In this document: piece by piece, positions 59,712-64,000 of the stretch
Position numbering within the stretch: the stretch's first letter is position 1
Layout of the letters: every line of letters starts with the position of its first letter
Origin: Nemertoderma westbladi
Lineage: Eukaryota > Animalia > Xenacoelomorpha
DNA length: 64,000 bases
Assembly (NCBI GenBank): GCA_032718475.1
Contig: JAUCBJ010009136.1
Coordinates: 186,001-250,000, forward strand
Reading direction: 5' to 3'
Notes under the pieces: generated by a model
Databases searched by the model: none
What the model was told of the DNA's origin: nothing
What the model saw: the letters and a program-made list of their open reading frames with translations, nothing else
Program-made: the position numbers and the translations under genes

Positions 59712-61598
59712 TATAGAATTATATTCCCTAAATGCCGTGGATTTTCAAAATTTTTATTTTATTCGGATTAACTTTGTAAAGATTGCTTTGAGTTCTCATT
59801 CGTATTGGTTCTAACATTTGTACATCTATCGGTCAAGTGGTTCAGTAGCTCAGTCGGTAGAGCGTTGGAAATTATATGTGTAGTAGGTATCGAGTTCGAA
59901 TCCTAGTAAGTGCGAATTATTTTTTGTACAGAATTTCAACTCGTTTAAATTAACCGCTACAAATTAATTGCATTTGTCTGTACCAATGAGATTGTAGTTA
60001 TTTGATTGTAACCAATGTCGTGCAAGTTATATATTAGCTGGACCAATAGCTATCTTTAAAACCTTGTTAGAACCCATAGAACAATCGAGAATTTTCTCGA
60101 TTGATTGCGGCACAAATTTGCTATAAAAAGGTGCGATTTGTTCATTAGTTATATATATTCTCTCAGTTATTCAGTTATCTGATATTTGTTTATTCTGTCA
60201 TTAGTTTTCAGATTACATTGTATTATAATTATATCTTCTGTAATAAAGTCAGAATATTCTCTCAGCTTTTCTATCTGTTTTACTATGGATTCACTACGGT
60301 GAACAAACTTAGGGACAGGATGGCCGGCTAGAGATCGGGCCGCAGCAATGAACGGGAACATCACGGGAATGTAGACGAGAGACAACCCGCAATACCATTT
60401 AGAGTTATTCGCCCATCGCCTGAAAGGTTAGACAGCGTTCGATCCTTGCTACCTAAGTATAAGACCAAAAGATCAAAAGGTAGAAGTAGTGACACGCTGT
60501 AAGCCCAAAATTACATCATAGGGACTGTACTGTCTTGATTCAGGAAAACCCACAGTAGACCTTCACATTCCTACGGGGGAGGGAGAGCGCAGGCAGATAC
60601 TAGTACGCAGATAGGACGTAGGCACACCGGTACAAGGCATACACATTGGTTAGGGTGCAGCAAACTGTACGCTTAACTCTTGCTAAGTACAGGTGCGTGT
60701 GCGACTATTTGCAGTACGACAGTGTCCATTGCATTAGAACTTGTAGGCTAGGGGGGTTGCTGTGTTTTCACCTGAATTGGGATTGTACCGTTCAGGCGGT
60801 AGGGCAGTTTACGTACTAGGCGCAAATAAATTGAGGCTATCAGGGATATACTAACATCTACCGTGTCCCCGCCAACGCCCTAATAGGAAGTTACCCGGAC
60901 TACCTGGGTGACTAAAATTCTAGATAGGAGCCAGGATAGCTATTAGTACCCGTACGCCTACAGTAGTAAACTAACACATCTCTTCTTAGTATCAGGGACC
61001 TGGTACCTAAAATTGCCGAATTCTGGGCGTAGTATTAACCTTATGCCTGAATTTGAGTCCTGGAAATACGCAAGAGGGGAAGGAACCTTATCATTCGTGA
61101 GTATTGGACCTACAAGTTACAAAATTAGAATATTCGTAAAATGCACACCGTACCCAGTAATTATATATGTGAAGGAGCAAAACTGTTTTGACCGTTCAGA
61201 ATTAACACACGCGCGTTAGAAATTATTTACACCTCGAAATATATAAAATTAACTTTGTCCGTACTGTGCTTTGCCCGCTAGTTAGACATCTCCAAATCTC
61301 TGCCTGTACCTAGCTAGCGTCTCTTCGCCCAACCATATAAATCACACCGCGGCAAAGTATACGAGCCCCTTAGTCCGTCAGTGAGTCAGCCTGACTTTAG
61401 GATTCGCTGCGCGGGATTTGTTTTATCGAAGTTTGTCTGCTCGTAGACTGTTTTCTGCCTCACCGGTTATAAGAGATCGATACTGCAATATATTCGCTTA
61501 CTTAGAGTTTACTGTTTTGGTGAGAAGGTCGGATTTATGATTTGATTTACAAACTTTACAGTAGGATATTGCAGGTATTGTTACCGTCTCTTCCAATA
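59712..61598 (+). repeat. 3' LTR (1887 bp, intact form)
   Basis: Direct repeat of the 5' LTR plus 60443-60719; preceded by a short purine-rich GGAGCGG; followed by CTACG. Confidence 0.96.
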
Positions 61599-62605
61599 CT
61601 ACGCTCTCGAAATAATAATCGCTACGCTCTCGAAATAATAATCGCTACGCTCTCGAAATAATAATCACTACGCTCTTGAAATAATAATCGCTATGCTCTC
61701 GAAATAATAATCACTACACTCTCGAAATAATAATCGCTACGCTCTCGAAATAATAATCGCTACGCTCTCGAAATAATAATCACTACGCTCTCGAAATAAT
61801 AATCGCTATGCTCTCGAAATAATAATCGCTACGCTCTCGAAATAATAATCACTACGCTCTCGAAATAATAATCGCTATGCTCTCGAAATAATAATCGCTA
61901 CGCTCTCGAAATAATAATCGCTACGCTGTTGAAATAATAATCGCTACACTCTCGAAATAATAATCGCTACGCTCTCGAAATAATAATCGCTACGCTCTCG
62001 AAATAATAATCACTATGCTCTCGAAATAGTAATCGCTACACTCTCGAAATAATAATCGCTACGCTGTTGAAATAATAATCGCTACACTCTCGAAATAATA
62101 ATCGCTACACTCTCGAAATAATAATCGCTATGCTCTCAAAATAATAATCGCTATGCTCTCGAAATAATCGCTACGCTTTCGAAATAATAATGCTATGCTC
62201 TCGAAATAATAATCGCTACGCTCTCGAAATAATAATCGCTATGCTCTCGAAATAATAATCACTATGCTCTCGAAATAATAATCGCTATGCTCTCAAAATA
62301 ATAATCGCTATGCTCTCGAAATAATCGCTACGCTTTCGAAATAATAATGCTATGCTCTCGAAATAATAATCGCTACGCTCTCGAAATAATAATCACTACA
62401 CTCTCGAAATAATAATCGCTACGCTCTCGAAATAATAATCAATACGCTCTCGAAATAATAATCGCTACACTCTCGACATAATTATCGCTATGCTCTTGAA
62501 ATAATAATCGCTACGCTCTCGAAATAATAATTGCTATGCTCTCGAAATAATAATCGCTATGCTCTCAAAATAATAATCGCTACGCTCTCGAAATAATAAT
62601 CGCTC
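61599..62605. repeat. 23-bp satellite, right part
   Basis: Same unit as 38440-43522. Confidence 0.97.
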
Positions 62606-62659
62606 TACAAATATAGTCTACTTTTTCATTTAAATAGTAAATAATATGTCAGAAACGTA

Positions 62660-64000
62660 TTGACCATTACAGTGCTATGTTGAGTGTAGACGCCCGCTTA
62701 GTGTAACGAAGCCGAAATAAAGTTATTAACCATTACAGTGCTATGTTGAGTGTAGATGCCTGTTTAGTGTAACGAAAGTGAAAGGAAGTTATTGACCATT
62801 ACAGTGCTATGTTGGGTGTAGACGCCCGCTTAGTGTAACAAAGGCGCAAGAAAGTTATTGACCATTACAGTGCTATGTTTAGTGTAGACGCCCGCTTAGT
62901 GTAACGAAGGCGAAAGAAAGTTATTGACCATTACAGTGCTATGTTGGGTGTAGACGCCTGCTTAGTGTAACGAAGGCAAAAGAAAGTTATTGACCATTAC
63001 TGTGCTATGTTGGGTGTAGTGTAGACGCCGCTTAGTGTAACGAAAGCGAAAGAAAGTTATTGACCATTACAGTGCTATGTTGGGTATAGACGCCCGCTTA
63101 GTGTAACGAAAGTGAAAGGAAGTTATTGACCATTACAGTGCTATGTTGGGTGTAGACGCCCGCTTAGTGTAACAAAGGCGCAAGAAAGTTATTGACCATT
63201 ACAGTGCTATGTTGAGTGTAGACGCCCGCTTAGTGTAACGAAAGCGAAAGAAAGTTATTGACCATTACAGTGCTATGTTGGGTGTAGACGCCTGCATAGT
63301 GTAACGAAGGCGAAAGAAAGTTATTGACCATTACTGTGCTATGTTGGGTGTAGTGTAGACGCCGCTTAGTGTAACGAAAGCGAAAGAAAGTTATTGACCA
63401 TTACAGTGCTATGTTGGGTGTAGACGCCCGCTTAGTGTAACAAAGGCGCAAGAAAGTTATTGACCATTACAGTGCTATGTTGAGTGTAGACGCCCGCTTA
63501 GTGTAACGAAAACGAAAGAAAGTTATTGACCATTACAGTGCTATGTTGAGTGTAGACGCCCGCTTAGTGTAACGAAAGTGAAAGAAAGTTATTGACCAGT
63601 ACAGTGCTATGTTGGGTGTAGACGCCCGCTTAGTGTAACGAAACGAAAGAAAGTTTTGACCATTACAGTGCTATGTTGAGTGTAGACGCCCGCTTAGTGT
63701 AACAAAGGCGCAAGAAAGTTATTGACCATTACAGTGCTATGTTGAGTGTAGACGCCCGCTTAATGTAACGAAAACGAAAGAGAGTTATTGACCATTACAG
63801 TGCTATGTTGAGTGTAGACGCCCGCTTAGTGTAACAAAGGCGCAAGAAAGTTATTGACCATTACAGTGCTATGTTGAGTGTAGACGCCCGCTTAATGTAA
63901 CGAAAACGAAAGAAAGTTATTGACCATTACAGTGCTATGTTGAGTGTAGACGCCCGCTTAATGTAACGAAAACGAAAGAAAGTTATTGACCATTACAGTG
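62660..64000. repeat. Tandem satellite, 66-bp unit TTGACCATTACAGTGCTATGTTGAGTGTAGACGCCCGCTTAGTGTAACGAAAGCGAAAGAAAGTTA (runs off window end)
   Basis: About 20 copies at 66-bp period. Confidence 0.97.

Larger units (their letters stand above)
43523..61598 (+). mobile_element. Full-length BEL/Pao LTR retrotransposon (~18.1 kb) with accessory ORFs, inserted in the 23-bp satellite
   Basis: Two near-identical LTRs; 5-bp duplication CTACG (43518-43522, 61599-61603); single Gag-PR-RT-RH-IN ORF with BEL/Pao signature motifs. Confidence 0.97.

Noticed and set aside
60575-60720. Self-cleaving ribozyme releasing the putative primer
   Set aside because: I found no hammerhead core or HDV-like P1 pairing by eye; an Infernal search would be needed to exclude it.

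Overview
This is repeat-rich metazoan (probably invertebrate) nuclear DNA. Most or all of the window lies inside one + strand myosin VI-like gene. Three motor-domain exons are visible (14295-14561, 24354-24486, 36148-36275) and splice in frame across ~10-12 kb introns. The introns hold six unrelated satellites (31, 21/22, 46/50, 41, 23 and 66 bp units), two decayed Ty3/gypsy fragments, an RTE-type LINE 3' fragment, several MITE/foldback elements and an intronless antisense AIFM1-like gene (33779-35554). The main object is a young ~18 kb BEL/Pao LTR retrotransposon (43523-61598, CTACG target-site duplication) with several unusual traits. Its LTRs end TA...TA. It has no tRNA-type primer-binding site (PBS); instead the 11 nt after the 5' LTR are the exact reverse complement of an LTR-internal segment. 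The env slot holds accessory ORFs encoding a WRN/EXD-like DEDDy 3'-5' exonuclease with three CCHC knuckles. A 20-nt hairpin motif recurs 9 times along the element, and the LTR contains a Pol III A/B-box unit. Together these suggest, by inference only, tRNA-independent priming assisted by the exonuclease. All calls come from reading the sequence by eye; no database searches were run.
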